A stretch of 64,000 nucleotides of DNA from a bacterium (GTDB lineage Bacteria; Patescibacteriota; WWE3; 2-01-FULL-39-13; JAACPI01). The stretch lies in the NCBI GenBank assembly GCA_009995545.1, contig JAACPI010000003.1, positions 5,781-69,780 on the forward strand, written 5' to 3'. The first letter of the stretch is position 1, and each line of letters begins with the position of its first letter. The position numbers were made by a program, and so were the translations under genes. Below, in pieces: positions 27,942 through 36,797 of the stretch. Under the pieces are notes generated by a model, which was not told the origin of the DNA, ran no database searches, and saw only the letters and a program-made list of their open reading frames with translations.

Positions 27942-28832
27942 GTGGGTTGTAATTTTGCTATAAAAACACTGCTAATGGATGAAGTAAGAACAATTTCCCC
28001 AGATATTGTTGGATATACTATATCAGAGGCAGGCATACTACCCCCCAAAGTTGAAACCTCAATAAGAGAAAGTATAGGTGAAACCGTGGACACCCTTTTA
28101 AGTGAATTTAAGGGATCTACTCCAAGAACTCTGGCCACTCGAGAAGAATTAATAAAGGGTATAGATCAAAGGCTGGTTTTTGTCGATGAAGAAGACATTC
28201 CAACCATAGCATCGGCTTTTTTCGATACTAATCCAGACGATAATAAAGCTAGCGCTTTTTTTAAAATCGACGGAGAAGGCCCTATTGCAGTAGGAGTACC
28301 CTCTAAAGAGAAAGCACAAAAAATATATAATAACCTAGATGATGAAAGTAAAAAACAAGTTAATACATTTATTTTAGGTTCAAATTTTTCAAGGGTGGAG
28401 GGAGTGAGATATTTAATTTTGGCCCAGAATTTAACTCACGAACTAGTCCATGTTTTACAAAATTTTAAAGAAGTTAATGTAAACAAACCAGAGGAACTGG
28501 CTTTTGTTGAAACTGCAGTAAGATACTATACAATGCGGATTTTTGAAAAAAATAACATACCGTATATAACAAACAAAGTCGACCTAACAGCATTTAAAGA
28601 ATACAGTTCAATTCTACGAGAGTTTGATGAACAGACTCTAAAAGATATTTTATTGGGTAATAAACCAAAAATTAGTCATAGTACAAGCTTTTTTAGCCCC
28701 GGTGCAGAAAGATTTGCAAATTACACCCGTGTAAAAATTAGGTTACTATCCAGTTTTGTTCCTAACAGAATTAAATACATTTTTGATAATGGTCTTAACC
28801 CCAATCTGACAACCCAGATACCCAACTTTTAA
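27942..28832 (+). CDS. Hypothetical protein with an HExxH (HELVH) zincin-like motif, a putative metallopeptidase
   Basis: NLTHELVHVLQ at ~aa 175. No other support. Confidence 0.35.
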   Translation: MGCNFAIKTLLMDEVRTISPDIVGYTISEAGILPPKVETSIRESIGETVDTLLSEFKGSTPRTLATREELIKGIDQRLVFVDEEDIPTIASAFFDTNPDDNKASAFFKIDGEGPIAVGVPSKEKAQKIYNNLDDESKKQVNTFILGSNFSRVEGVRYLILAQNLTHELVHVLQNFKEVNVNKPEELAFVETAVRYYTMRIFEKNNIPYITNKVDLTAFKEYSSILREFDEQTLKDILLGNKPKISHSTSFFSPGAERFANYTRVKIRLLSSFVPNRIKYIFDNGLNPNLTTQIPNF

Positions 28833-28859
28833 AACTACCCAACCAATACGAAAAATAAA

Positions 28860-29720
28860 CTAAGATAAATCTAAACTTAACTTACCTAAAACTCCACGTA
28901 CAGAAGATTTAGCCTCGAACAATTCTTTAAGTTCCTCTAGCATAAATGTTTTGTTTTTTGCTCCGCCCTGCTTGATTAAAAAATTATAGGTGTAGTAATA
29001 AAGTAGCTGAAAAATTATCTCTTTAGTATACTCTTGACTATAATTATCGTTTAAAATTTTAAAGTAGTATTTATTTAAATCTAAGTATTTATTATTAAAA
29101 TTTTCAGAGGTTATAAAGCCTCCTAAAATACTAAATCTTAATAGGGGCTCAAAAATTAAACTTTTACTGCTTTTATTAAACTTGAAATTATTTATAACCT
29201 CCGCATCAAAAAATAAGATACTAATCCTTAAAGGTAACCTGCCATTAGCCGGTAACTCCTTTACAAAATTCTCTATCAACAACACAACTCTTAGATAATT
29301 CTGGGTACTTAAAATTACTTCGATATCTATGTCACTAAGTTTTTCTCTATCAGACTGATATAACTGTGCCTCCGTAGCTGAAATTAATTTTTTGCAGTCA
29401 AACGGTGAATTATTTAAATTACTACAGAATGACCCTACTACCCTTGCACAGTCAACACAGTCTTCTATCAACAAAAAAAGTTTTTCTAATAATACCAATG
29501 CGGCATTGTTTGTATCGCTGTATACAGAATTATCTAAATTAGAAAATATTGTAGGAAGTAAAATCTTATCATTTCTAAAGAATAAGAGGTTATCAAAACC
29601 TCTAGGAAAATACTCTATTAGTGGAGTCCTATTTATAAAATCTGTTATTCTTTCTTCTATATTTTGGTATTCTGTATTTTTAGCCATAACAAATAAGTAG
29701 AGTAATTCATTTTCATACAT
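28860..29720 (-). CDS. Hypothetical protein
   Basis: 286-aa ORF. Confidence 0.35.
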   Translation of the reverse strand: MYENELLYLFVMAKNTEYQNIEERITDFINRTPLIEYFPRGFDNLLFFRNDKILLPTIFSNLDNSVYSDTNNAALVLLEKLFLLIEDCVDCARVVGSFCSNLNNSPFDCKKLISATEAQLYQSDREKLSDIDIEVILSTQNYLRVVLLIENFVKELPANGRLPLRISILFFDAEVINNFKFNKSSKSLIFEPLLRFSILGGFITSENFNNKYLDLNKYYFKILNDNYSQEYTKEIIFQLLYYYTYNFLIKQGGAKNKTFMLEELKELFEAKSSVRGVLGKLSLDLS

Positions 29721-29752
29721 TAAAAATCGCGATTAAATCCCCCACTTTAGCG

Positions 29753-30145
29753 TTAAACAAAATAAAGAGAATAAGTATAAACTTCAGAATAAACCTGACT
29801 TTCCTGAAAACAAAATTCATATCCTACGGATTCCAAAGTTTTAATAAATCTTTGTGCATCTGGTGTTGTGGGCTGAAATTCTAGCAACAACGGACCCTCT
29901 TCTCTTACGTAGAATTCAATTTGCTCAATTAAATGTTCAAACAACCTAGTACCGTTTGAAGGGGCATAAATAAAGGATAATTCTGCAATATAGCCTTGAA
30001 GTGAGGGGTCTAGAGGCTTCCAGAACTCAACGTTATAGTAAAAGCCGGTTTCTTCTTCAGAATATTTTAATTGTTCAGGTAATGACTTCATTAAAAAAAT
30101 ATAACACACTGCAACCTTTAGATGGTTACACAAATCATAAACCAA
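29753..30145 (-). CDS. Hypothetical small protein
   Basis: 130-aa ORF. A left-part repeat motif (ATTAAATCCCCCACT...AAACAAA) sits in the 32-nt gap before it. Confidence 0.35.
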   Translation of the reverse strand: MVYDLCNHLKVAVCYIFLMKSLPEQLKYSEEETGFYYNVEFWKPLDPSLQGYIAELSFIYAPSNGTRLFEHLIEQIEFYVREEGPLLLEFQPTTPDAQRFIKTLESVGYEFCFQESQVYSEVYTYSLYFV

Positions 30146-30204
30146 TAGCCTGCACCTCCCTACCTCCAGTAAGGATCAAATGAAGAGTATGCTATGATCT
30201 TAAT

Positions 30205-31020
30205 ATGGGTATAAACCTAGAAAATGACATAGATAAAGTTTTAAAAGACATTAAAATCTTTGTTTTTGATAATATTCTTACACAATTCCCCTTTTTAAAG
30301 AAAGACTCTTCAATAGTAGTATCGGGTTCTGTAGCAACAGAATGTTACGATAAAGATTCAGATATTGATATTCATGTAATTAGATCAGAAAATTTAGATA
30401 CGATATTATTAAACAGATTAAAAGATTACAAAAAAATTTTACGGGAATCTGGATCAAATATAGAACTACGATTTGCTAGTACATATGAAAAACTAGAAGA
30501 CAATTTAGGATGGAATACTGATTATATCTTAGGCGAAATAAATAACTACCTAATAATCTTTGATTATAATAACCGACTCACAGAACTAGTAAGTAAATTT
30601 AACTGGTACCCCAGCGAGATATATGAAGAAAAAATAAAGTGGTTACTTTCCGAAATGCTTATAATAATACAAAGAGAAATAAACTCTGCCACAATTAGAA
30701 ACCAGGGCTATTATCTAAGGGTGTTGAAAGTAAAATATGTAAAGTACGCACTAACTATACTTAGATTACTAAATAAAAAATATCCCGTTTATGACAAAAA
30801 ATCATATGAAACTACTCTAAAGTTACCTACCGTAAGCAAGGATCTTAAACTAGCTATAAATGAAATTTTAAGTAGCAAGGATAAAGACAAAATACCAAAT
30901 GTTATGCTAAAGGTGCACTTAAATTTAGTTAATTTAGTTGAATCTGAAACACATTTTAAGAGCTTGAAAAAAGAAGATTTACTTAATTTCAGTACCAAAA
31001 ACAAAATTCGGTTTGAGTAG
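30205..31020 (+). CDS. Nucleotidyltransferase-fold protein (Pol-beta superfamily, G[S]x9-13 DhD motif)
   Basis: VVSGSVATECYDKDSDIDIHVI plus a C-terminal helical domain. 271 aa. Confidence 0.5.
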   Translation: MGINLENDIDKVLKDIKIFVFDNILTQFPFLKKDSSIVVSGSVATECYDKDSDIDIHVIRSENLDTILLNRLKDYKKILRESGSNIELRFASTYEKLEDNLGWNTDYILGEINNYLIIFDYNNRLTELVSKFNWYPSEIYEEKIKWLLSEMLIIIQREINSATIRNQGYYLRVLKVKYVKYALTILRLLNKKYPVYDKKSYETTLKLPTVSKDLKLAINEILSSKDKDKIPNVMLKVHLNLVNLVESETHFKSLKKEDLLNFSTKNKIRFE

Positions 31021-31095
31021 AGCTAACAAAGCGGAGAAGTATTTATACATACTGTGTGTGTGTTGGATGAGTATATGGTAAAATTAGCTTAGACT

Positions 31096-31815
31096 ATGGG
31101 TAAAATTCAAATTAAAATAAAGGAAACTGTCCTTATTTATCTTAAAAAACGACTCAAAAATATAGTTATTACCAAGTCCCTATCTAGATATATAGATACC
31201 TTGGATTTTATAAAAGAAGATAGAGTTGTACGAAGTAATTACTCGTTAGTTACTAAAGACCCAAAATTTAGCTACCAAACTCCCTTCTCAGAAATAAAAT
31301 TAATAAAACTATTAGTGGATCTTATAAAGGCTAAAAATATTCTCGAAATTGGAACCTTTAAAGGTTTTACTTCTGGTTATTTAGCCACTTCACCAAGTGT
31401 AAAAAAGGTTTTTACCTGTGAAATCGATGAAAGTAACATAAAACAAGCTCAAAAACTGTGGAATTCGCTAAAAGTAACCCATAAAATTACACCGCTCTTA
31501 GGTTTAGCTACAGAGAGTATGCAGGAGTTGATCCGTAGTAAAAAGTTTTTTGATCTTATATACATCGATGCAAACAAAAATCAGTATGATAGTTATTTTG
31601 ATTTGTCATTGCAGCTAATAGAAAACGAAGGACTTATATTAATTGATAATACTTTATGGGCGGGTTTGGTTGCGGAAAAAAATACATCCTTCTCCCACGC
31701 AAGACTAATTGACAAATTAAATAAAAAAATTGCTAAAAATAACAATTGTGAGTCAGTTATTATTCCAGCATGGGACGGCCTAACAATAGTCAAAATTAAT
31801 AAAAAAATTAAGTAG
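31096..31815 (+). CDS. Class I SAM-dependent O-methyltransferase (family 3, CCoAOMT/catechol-OMT-like)
   Basis: ILEIGTFKGFTSGYLA (SAM motif I) and IYIDANKNQY (the DADK-like block of PF01596). Confidence 0.65.
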   Translation: MGKIQIKIKETVLIYLKKRLKNIVITKSLSRYIDTLDFIKEDRVVRSNYSLVTKDPKFSYQTPFSEIKLIKLLVDLIKAKNILEIGTFKGFTSGYLATSPSVKKVFTCEIDESNIKQAQKLWNSLKVTHKITPLLGLATESMQELIRSKKFFDLIYIDANKNQYDSYFDLSLQLIENEGLILIDNTLWAGLVAEKNTSFSHARLIDKLNKKIAKNNNCESVIIPAWDGLTIVKINKKIK

Positions 31816-31820
31816 TACCT

Positions 31821-33071
31821 ATGGAATTTCCGTATACAGTAAAAAGCGATCTTGGACCCAAGGCACTTAGCTTTTGGAACAACATTCTATTGCCAACTAA
31901 GGGTTCAGCTGTGGATAAAACTATAGAGGAAAGTTTGTGGAGAAGAAATCAATCGGAGAGTAATAAAAAAATGTCGGGATGGACAAAGGAATCGGATAAA
32001 AGAAGAAAAATCGTCTACTATAAACACCAATATAATGTTATCCAGAAAAAATCTATTAAATACCCCGGTAGCCTAATCTTAGAATCTACATACATCTACG
32101 AGTGCTTTACACTACCAAGTAAAGAGATAATTAAATACAAAAAATCTTTAGTACTAAGTGCAAATACCGGAAAATGGAAAAAATCTAAAGAAGCTGAAAA
32201 CCAGTTAAGCTATATAAAGGGCGATTTGATACTAAACATAAATCACTTTATAAATCCCCAAGATAGAATGGAAGAGTATGGTGACTTTCCAGAAAATTAC
32301 CAAACCCTAGAGATCACCATTAAATCCAAAAATTTTGTGGAAGGTGCCGACCTTCAAGGCATAATTTGGAACGTAGCAAAATCTGGACTCAGGAGGGCAC
32401 TGCCAAGGAATAAACCAACTTATATTGAAAATGTAGATAGAATTATTAAACACCTACCCTGTCAAATAGAGTTAGGTTGCGGAGCCGCATTTGAAGCAGG
32501 GGTCCCACCTTTACACGAATTACACGATACATATTTTATAAATGAGCCCTTCACCAAAAAATTTATTATTACAGCTGAAAAAGATTTACTAATGAAGTAT
32601 TACATATTAAATACAGAAAAGGAATTTAAGTTATCCTCAAGATTTTATAGTAAGGTACTAACAGCTAAGTTGACTCCTTTTTATAAAATATTACAAAAAC
32701 TATACAAAAAAAATTATGTCGTCGGCCCTATAATTACAAATAATTTTGATGGTGTTCACCTAAGAATGGGGATCCCCGAATTATATATAAGAACATATAC
32801 TGAAAGTGAAGTTATGCCAAACATAGATTTTCATCCGGAAGCTAAATCTCTTCTGGTCGTAGGGTGCCACGCAGACAGAAGAAATATCGAAATGAAAGCC
32901 AGGGATAAAGGGCTAAAGGTGATTTACATTGATCCAGAAGGTTGGTGGGTTAAAGGTAATTTTATTGAGTATAAATTAGAATCTCCTCAACAAAAAGATT
33001 TAATATACAGTCGAGGTGCAAGTGATGCCTTTTTGGAAATAGGGCAAAAACTACTATCTAATAAAGAATAG
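31821..33071 (+). CDS. Protein with an unknown N-terminal domain (~200 aa) and a C-terminal SIR2-like (DHS-like NAD-binding) domain
   Basis: ELGCGAAFEAGVPPLHE resembles Sir2 GAGIS..GIPDFR. IITNNFDGVHLRMG resembles TQNIDGLHERAG. LLVVGCHAD resembles LLVIGTSL. The canonical HG catalytic His is not obvious. Starts 6 nt after the MTase stop. Confidence 0.4.
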   Translation: MEFPYTVKSDLGPKALSFWNNILLPTKGSAVDKTIEESLWRRNQSESNKKMSGWTKESDKRRKIVYYKHQYNVIQKKSIKYPGSLILESTYIYECFTLPSKEIIKYKKSLVLSANTGKWKKSKEAENQLSYIKGDLILNINHFINPQDRMEEYGDFPENYQTLEITIKSKNFVEGADLQGIIWNVAKSGLRRALPRNKPTYIENVDRIIKHLPCQIELGCGAAFEAGVPPLHELHDTYFINEPFTKKFIITAEKDLLMKYYILNTEKEFKLSSRFYSKVLTAKLTPFYKILQKLYKKNYVVGPIITNNFDGVHLRMGIPELYIRTYTESEVMPNIDFHPEAKSLLVVGCHADRRNIEMKARDKGLKVIYIDPEGWWVKGNFIEYKLESPQQKDLIYSRGASDAFLEIGQKLLSNKE

Positions 33072-33077
33072 GCCCTA

Positions 33078-34808
33078 CTACCCAAAAGTAAAAGCAAAAA
33101 CCTCTACGTTATTATCTTCAAATTCTAAAATTAGGGTTTCTTTTCCTGCATTTTTTAATTTTACTAGCTTGTATAAAGTATCTTTAGTAACTGTTACAAA
33201 ACCTCCAACAACATCTAAACCCAAATCATTTGGATTATTTTTTAGCAAAACTTTTACTTTAGAATTACCCTCTTTAGCCCTCATAACTAAAAAAACTTGC
33301 TGTGCATCAAAATTAAAGTATAACTTTGCACCAGCTTCAGGATTTGCAAACTCTTCATTAACAACCCAGTTACCTTCGTAGGCAAAACTATTACCCTTTA
33401 AATCTCTCGGTAAACTATAAGTTTCTAGCACGTCTTCTTTAATTGATTCATTAGAAGCAAAGCCTTTCAGCCTCCCATATCCTAAATATGTTTCTGGGGT
33501 CTTTGCGTAACTTTTCGGTGCTAATTCAGTTGAAATACTTTGCTCAACTTTAAGTAATTCTTGAATGGCTTTTTCTGTTTTATCGTAATCCCCTTCTCCA
33601 AAGTGGTAGTATCTTATATTACCCTCTTTATCAATTAGATATTTTGCAGGCCAATACCTATTGTTATAAGCCCGCCAAGTTGCAAAATCATTATCCTGCA
33701 TAACCGGATAGTTGATCCCAAAGTCTTCTAGTGCCTGTAACACATTTTTCGGATTTTTTTCAAATTCAAACTCGGGGGTGTGTACACCTATAATTACTAA
33801 ACCCTCCTTTTCGTATTTTTCCCACCAGGTTTTTAAGTAAGGTAGGGTTCTTTGACAGTTTATACAGGTATAAGTCCAAAAATCTATTAAAACAATTTTT
33901 CCCTTAAGCTGCGACATACTTAAAGGTTCAGAATTAAACCAAATTCCCCCCACTATAAGATCTGGTGCAAAAATTGGGTTTTTAACATTCAAAGGACTGT
34001 TATTAATTTTGGGTAAAGGAACATCAAATATAGAATTTGAGCTTTTTGTATTTTTATTAATATTTTGTAAGCTTTTATCAATTACAGAAGTATCCTCGAA
34101 TCTAGTAAGTCCTGCACCCCAATTTGGAAATGCAGATAACAAATAATTTTGAAATTTTCTATCAACACCAGTATAAATTCCGATCGCTAGTAGAATCATC
34201 AGTACTCCAAAAGCTTTTTGAATATTAACTAAATTCCTATTTAAAAGAGGTATTTTAGAAGTTACTTTAGACCCACCAAGCATAATCATTAACATAGGAA
34301 AAGCTGTACCTAAAGAATAGGAAAGGGTTATAAACAAGACAGAAGTATTAAAGACGCCAATTGCGGCTAAAGTTATTACAGACGCAAATATTGGACCCAC
34401 ACAAGGAGTCCAAAGCAGACCCAGAGAGATGCCAATTAAGAAACCACCACCAAACCCGGTTTTATCCTTAGAACTTAAGCCTTTACTTGAAAGTTTAGAA
34501 AAAAACTTTTCAGTCACTAACTGAAATTTTGGAATAACTAAGGAAAGTCCAAAACCAGCAATTATAAATACTGAGATTAACCTTAAGGTATCCGCTGAAA
34601 TGTTGGTAAGCCTGACTAGAGAAGATAAAAATAAAGTAAAAAAAGTAAAGCTTAAAATAAAACCTAATATAATCCCAAAAGGCTTCCTCTGACTAGATTT
34701 GTCACCCTCAACAGCTGATGAAAGGATAATAGGGAGTAACGGCAAGACGCAGGGAGAAAGTATTGTTACTAAACCAGCAATAAAAGAGTAAATTATAAGC
34801 AGAAACAT
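33078..34808 (-). CDS. Fused DsbD/CcdA-like membrane thiol-disulfide transporter plus a TlpA/ResA-like thioredoxin domain (CINC)
   Basis: N-terminal LSPCVLPLLP (CcdA motif). Multiple TM helices. WTYTCINCQRTLP thioredoxin CxxC. Confidence 0.65.
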   Translation of the reverse strand: MFLLIIYSFIAGLVTILSPCVLPLLPIILSSAVEGDKSSQRKPFGIILGFILSFTFFTLFLSSLVRLTNISADTLRLISVFIIAGFGLSLVIPKFQLVTEKFFSKLSSKGLSSKDKTGFGGGFLIGISLGLLWTPCVGPIFASVITLAAIGVFNTSVLFITLSYSLGTAFPMLMIMLGGSKVTSKIPLLNRNLVNIQKAFGVLMILLAIGIYTGVDRKFQNYLLSAFPNWGAGLTRFEDTSVIDKSLQNINKNTKSSNSIFDVPLPKINNSPLNVKNPIFAPDLIVGGIWFNSEPLSMSQLKGKIVLIDFWTYTCINCQRTLPYLKTWWEKYEKEGLVIIGVHTPEFEFEKNPKNVLQALEDFGINYPVMQDNDFATWRAYNNRYWPAKYLIDKEGNIRYYHFGEGDYDKTEKAIQELLKVEQSISTELAPKSYAKTPETYLGYGRLKGFASNESIKEDVLETYSLPRDLKGNSFAYEGNWVVNEEFANPEAGAKLYFNFDAQQVFLVMRAKEGNSKVKVLLKNNPNDLGLDVVGGFVTVTKDTLYKLVKLKNAGKETLILEFEDNNVEVFAFTFG

Positions 34809-34833
34809 CTATTAATCGTAACTTAAAAGTGCA

Positions 34834-35163
34834 TTAATTCCAATCAACGCCATCGTAATATCTAGTACCTCTATGACCTTTTTTGGTTACAGTATTTTTA
34901 ATTAATTCCCCGGGACAACCCACTATTATTAAAGTTCTGAGGCTTCCACTATCTGGATTTTTAGATCCCAGGATAAGCTTTACTATCTTTAATCTACCTC
35001 GCAACTTATCCTTAAAAATAGTATAAACGTAATCCCCTACTTTTAATTTAGAGGGCGTGCCTGCCATATGGAATTCAAACGTCTTTATTGTTCCGTTATA
35101 AAGCTGATTTAGAGCGCCATCTCCCTCACTGGCAGGTACTGTTTTAGTTATTCCAAAAAACAT
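34834..35163 (-). CDS. Hypothetical small protein
   Basis: 109-aa ORF. Confidence 0.3.
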   Translation of the reverse strand: MFFGITKTVPASEGDGALNQLYNGTIKTFEFHMAGTPSKLKVGDYVYTIFKDKLRGRLKIVKLILGSKNPDSGSLRTLIIVGCPGELIKNTVTKKGHRGTRYYDGVDWN

Positions 35164-35231
35164 ATATAAAGTTTAACATTTTTTAGCTAAATATTTATTT
35201 AATCTCGCTATGACAATGTTATAATAAAAAA

Positions 35232-36116
35232 ATGTTCACCGTCCTTTTGTATTACAAATACGTTAATATTGAAAATCCAGAAAATTTTAAGGCTAAGCAG
35301 ACCGAGTTATGTAAAAAGCTGGGATTAAAAGGGAGAGTAATTATCTCCTCAGAAGGAATAAACGGAACAATAGGGGGAAGTAAAGAATCAACCACAGAGT
35401 ATATTAGTGAAACCAAAAAATATCCAGGGATGGTAAATATGGAATGGAAAATTTCCGAAAGTAAAACAGACCCATTTCCCAAATTAAGAATTGTAGCAAG
35501 AGAAGAAATAGTTACCTTAGGATTTAAAAAGACACAAAAAGACGTTAACTTGCAAAACAAAGCTAATTACATAGAACCCGAAGAGCTTAAAAACCTATAT
35601 GATAAAGGGGAGGATTTTATAATCATTGATGCAAGAAATGAGTATGAAGGAAGAATAGGAAAATTTAAAAATGCAATTGTTCCAGACATAAAAGTATTTA
35701 GACAATTCCCAGAATTCGTAAAAACTATTGGAGAATTAAAGAACAAGCCAATAGTTACTTACTGTACAGGGGGAATTAGATGTGAAAAAGCTTCAGCTTA
35801 TTTGAGAGAACAGGGATTTACTAATGTCAGACAATTACACGGCGGAATTCACGAATATTCAGAAAAGGCCGGAGGAAAGAATTTTGAAGGAGAAATGTAT
35901 GTTTTCGATGCAAGAATTAATATTAAGGTTAATCACGAAAACCCAACTATCATCAGTAAGTGTATCCATTGTGGCGAAAGTATAACGAGGTATATTAACT
36001 GCGCAAATAAACTATGTAATAAACAAATAGTCTGTTGTGAAAAATGTCAAAATGAAAAAAGCTCTACGTGCTCGGATAAATGCAGAATTTTAGTACAAAA
36101 TAAAGTTACTTCTTAG
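35232..36116 (+). CDS. trhO: Rhodanese-domain tRNA uridine(34) hydroxylase TrhO (YceA/UPF0176)
   Basis: N-terminal ...KGRVIISSEGINGTIGG. Rhodanese CTGGIRCEK active-site loop. Cys-rich C-terminus. Confidence 0.7.
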   Translation: MFTVLLYYKYVNIENPENFKAKQTELCKKLGLKGRVIISSEGINGTIGGSKESTTEYISETKKYPGMVNMEWKISESKTDPFPKLRIVAREEIVTLGFKKTQKDVNLQNKANYIEPEELKNLYDKGEDFIIIDARNEYEGRIGKFKNAIVPDIKVFRQFPEFVKTIGELKNKPIVTYCTGGIRCEKASAYLREQGFTNVRQLHGGIHEYSEKAGGKNFEGEMYVFDARINIKVNHENPTIISKCIHCGESITRYINCANKLCNKQIVCCEKCQNEKSSTCSDKCRILVQNKVTS

Positions 36117-36255
36117 AAGGAAGGCTTTTACAAGCTAAACAGTCGTCATCACCATCTAGTCGAATAATACCAAATCCGGCCCCACTACACTTTTCTAAAA
36201 CCTCTTGCGCATCTTCTTGATAAGTAAAGGCTGCACATGGGTTGTAAATGAACAT
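36106..36255 (-). CDS. Possible 49-aa Cys-containing small protein (MFIYNPCAAFTYQEDAQEVLEKCSGAGFGIIRLDGDDDCLACKSLPSKK)
   Basis: Hand translation. Its ATG overlaps the NUDIX stop as TAATG, suggesting translational coupling. Not in the ORF track because it is under 60 aa. Tail overlaps the trhO 3' end. Confidence 0.2.
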   Translation of the reverse strand: MFIYNPCAAFTYQEDAQEVLEKCSGAGFGIIRLDGDDDCLACKSLPSKK

Positions 36256-36788
36256 TAATTTTGAGGGTGTCGATGGAATATTAAGGGATAATTCTGTGAC
36301 TTATAATCAAAAGACGAAAGTATAATTTTTTTGATTAATTCAGATCGAACAGAGGGAACTTGCATATTTGCAACTTGTTTTTTCGTAAAACTTTTTATCT
36401 CTAATACCTCATCTTCTGTCATCATATCTCTATTCGGTTTGACTTTAGTATCAACCTTTCCAACGTAAATAAAACTATAATAGTCTTTAGATTTTTTTGT
36501 AAACTCAGTAATTGACAGTATTCCAGAAATTTTAGAGATTCTATACCCAGTTTCTTCTAAAAACTCTCTTTTAGCGGCATCTAAACTACCTTCATTTTTT
36601 TCAATACCCCCGCTTGGGATCTTCCAACGATTTAAAGTATCTTTTATTAGTAAAACTCTACCTAATTGATCCAAGGCAACAATACCGGCAACATTTCTTT
36701 GATATTTTCTATAGATTATTGACTTAATTTTGTAAAAAATGCGATTAAGAAATACCCGATTGATTGGGAGTAAAGACTTAGGCAGCAT
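36255..36788 (-). CDS. NUDIX hydrolase
   Basis: Nudix box GGIEKNEGSLDAAKREFLEETGY. Confidence 0.7.
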   Translation of the reverse strand: MLPKSLLPINRVFLNRIFYKIKSIIYRKYQRNVAGIVALDQLGRVLLIKDTLNRWKIPSGGIEKNEGSLDAAKREFLEETGYRISKISGILSITEFTKKSKDYYSFIYVGKVDTKVKPNRDMMTEDEVLEIKSFTKKQVANMQVPSVRSELIKKIILSSFDYKSQNYPLIFHRHPQN

Positions 36789-36797
36789 GGTTTAAAT

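Noticed and set aside
31050-31064. (TG)5 dinucleotide repeat in the NTase-MTase intergenic region
   Set aside because: Too short to assert phase variation. Noted only.
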